The position numbers and the translations under genes are program-made. The notes beneath the pieces are model-generated. The model ran no database searches and was not told the DNA's origin. It saw only the letters and a list, made by a program, of their open reading frames with translations. A stretch of 64,000 nucleotides of DNA from the NCBI GenBank assembly GCA_030867685.1, contig JAQOWU010000008.1, forward strand, positions 1,240,001 to 1,304,000, given 5' to 3'. Origin of the DNA: Wickerhamiella versatilis. Taxonomy: Eukaryota. Below, piece by piece: positions 63,467 to 64,000 of the stretch; position 1 is the stretch's first letter, and each line of letters starts with the position of its first letter.

Positions 63467-64000
63467 GGAGAAGTTCGCCTTCGCCAAATTAGGTAATGAA
63501 GAATGATTTTCAGAAAGACATGGCACCGTTTTAGGCGGTAGTTGACCGGAACCATTGAAAATTCTCGGGTGCAAAGTCAATAAAAAAATTGCTATTAACA
63601 TCACACATTATAATTATAATTAATATTAATATAATTATTTCTTACAGCACCTGATCAGGTTAGGCGTAATTCTGTTGATGCAAGTAAGCTAAGGGTCAAG
63701 GGATACAAGTCTCTGTATTTTTTTGAAATATGGCTATTCAATTTCCCAATCAATGACTTTGAAAAGATGCCAATATCCTCCATGGCCTCTCGTAAATTAC
63801 TTAGAGAGCACAGGGAACTTGCTTAGTGTTACAACAGACTCCCTGGCTGCAGGAGATTTTTTACATAATCGAAGATTGACGCGTGACGTTGAAACCTCGA
63901 CAAATGCACCGCCGGCTTCATTCAGGTTCACTCTTTCGTGGGAGGCGTAACCAGCGAAGAACAAACAGATTCAATCTTTTAGTTGCTGGAAATGGAGGCT

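Noticed and set aside
63782..64000. MASRKLLREHRELA, E2-enzyme-like start, and other short frames at the window end
   Set aside because: Stops after 14 codons; no splice signals or continuing UBC motifs visible

Overview
Eukaryotic, very gene-dense window from a budding yeast (Saccharomycotina). The genetic code is standard (e.g. CTG at a conserved Leu in ADE13 'ADLIF'). Compactness and near-absence of introns suggest a Wickerhamiella/Starmerella-like lineage, which is inference only. It holds about 47 protein genes, almost all housekeeping: CFT1 (partial), OAC1, a shrunken U2AF65/MUD2, MAS2, BUD32, kinesin-1, ZIM17, a Mid2-like sensor, ERV14, ARC40, ADE13, ECL1, LEU4, RER1, a B-cyclin, MAM33, URM1, NAS2, DOT5, TRM10, ZDS1, TUP1, SMC3, FLX1, TOM7, STO1, SEC1, FPR3, RPL6, COQ11, SWS2, DBP9, GAC1-like, MET30, GLN4, DPM3, CSN7-like, RPN12, SKY1, GUS1, EOS1 and RMD8. 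I found no tRNA, rRNA, transposon, CRISPR or obvious bacterial HGT gene, and no unambiguous new multi-gene system. The most interesting signals are: (i) domain-level miniaturisation of conserved machines (U2AF65 without its pyrimidine-binding RRMs, PDZ-less Nas2, half-length kinesin-1 without the IAK tail, ~941-aa Smc3); (ii) two one-base frame discontinuities (SMC3 at A_AAA_AAG on the Eco1-target lysine codons; LEU4 5' end next to a candidate intron), which may be assembly errors; (iii) 5-56 bp intergenic spacers with a recurring TTA(G/C)TCA motif just upstream of start codons. All gene calls are from recognised motifs; no database search was run.
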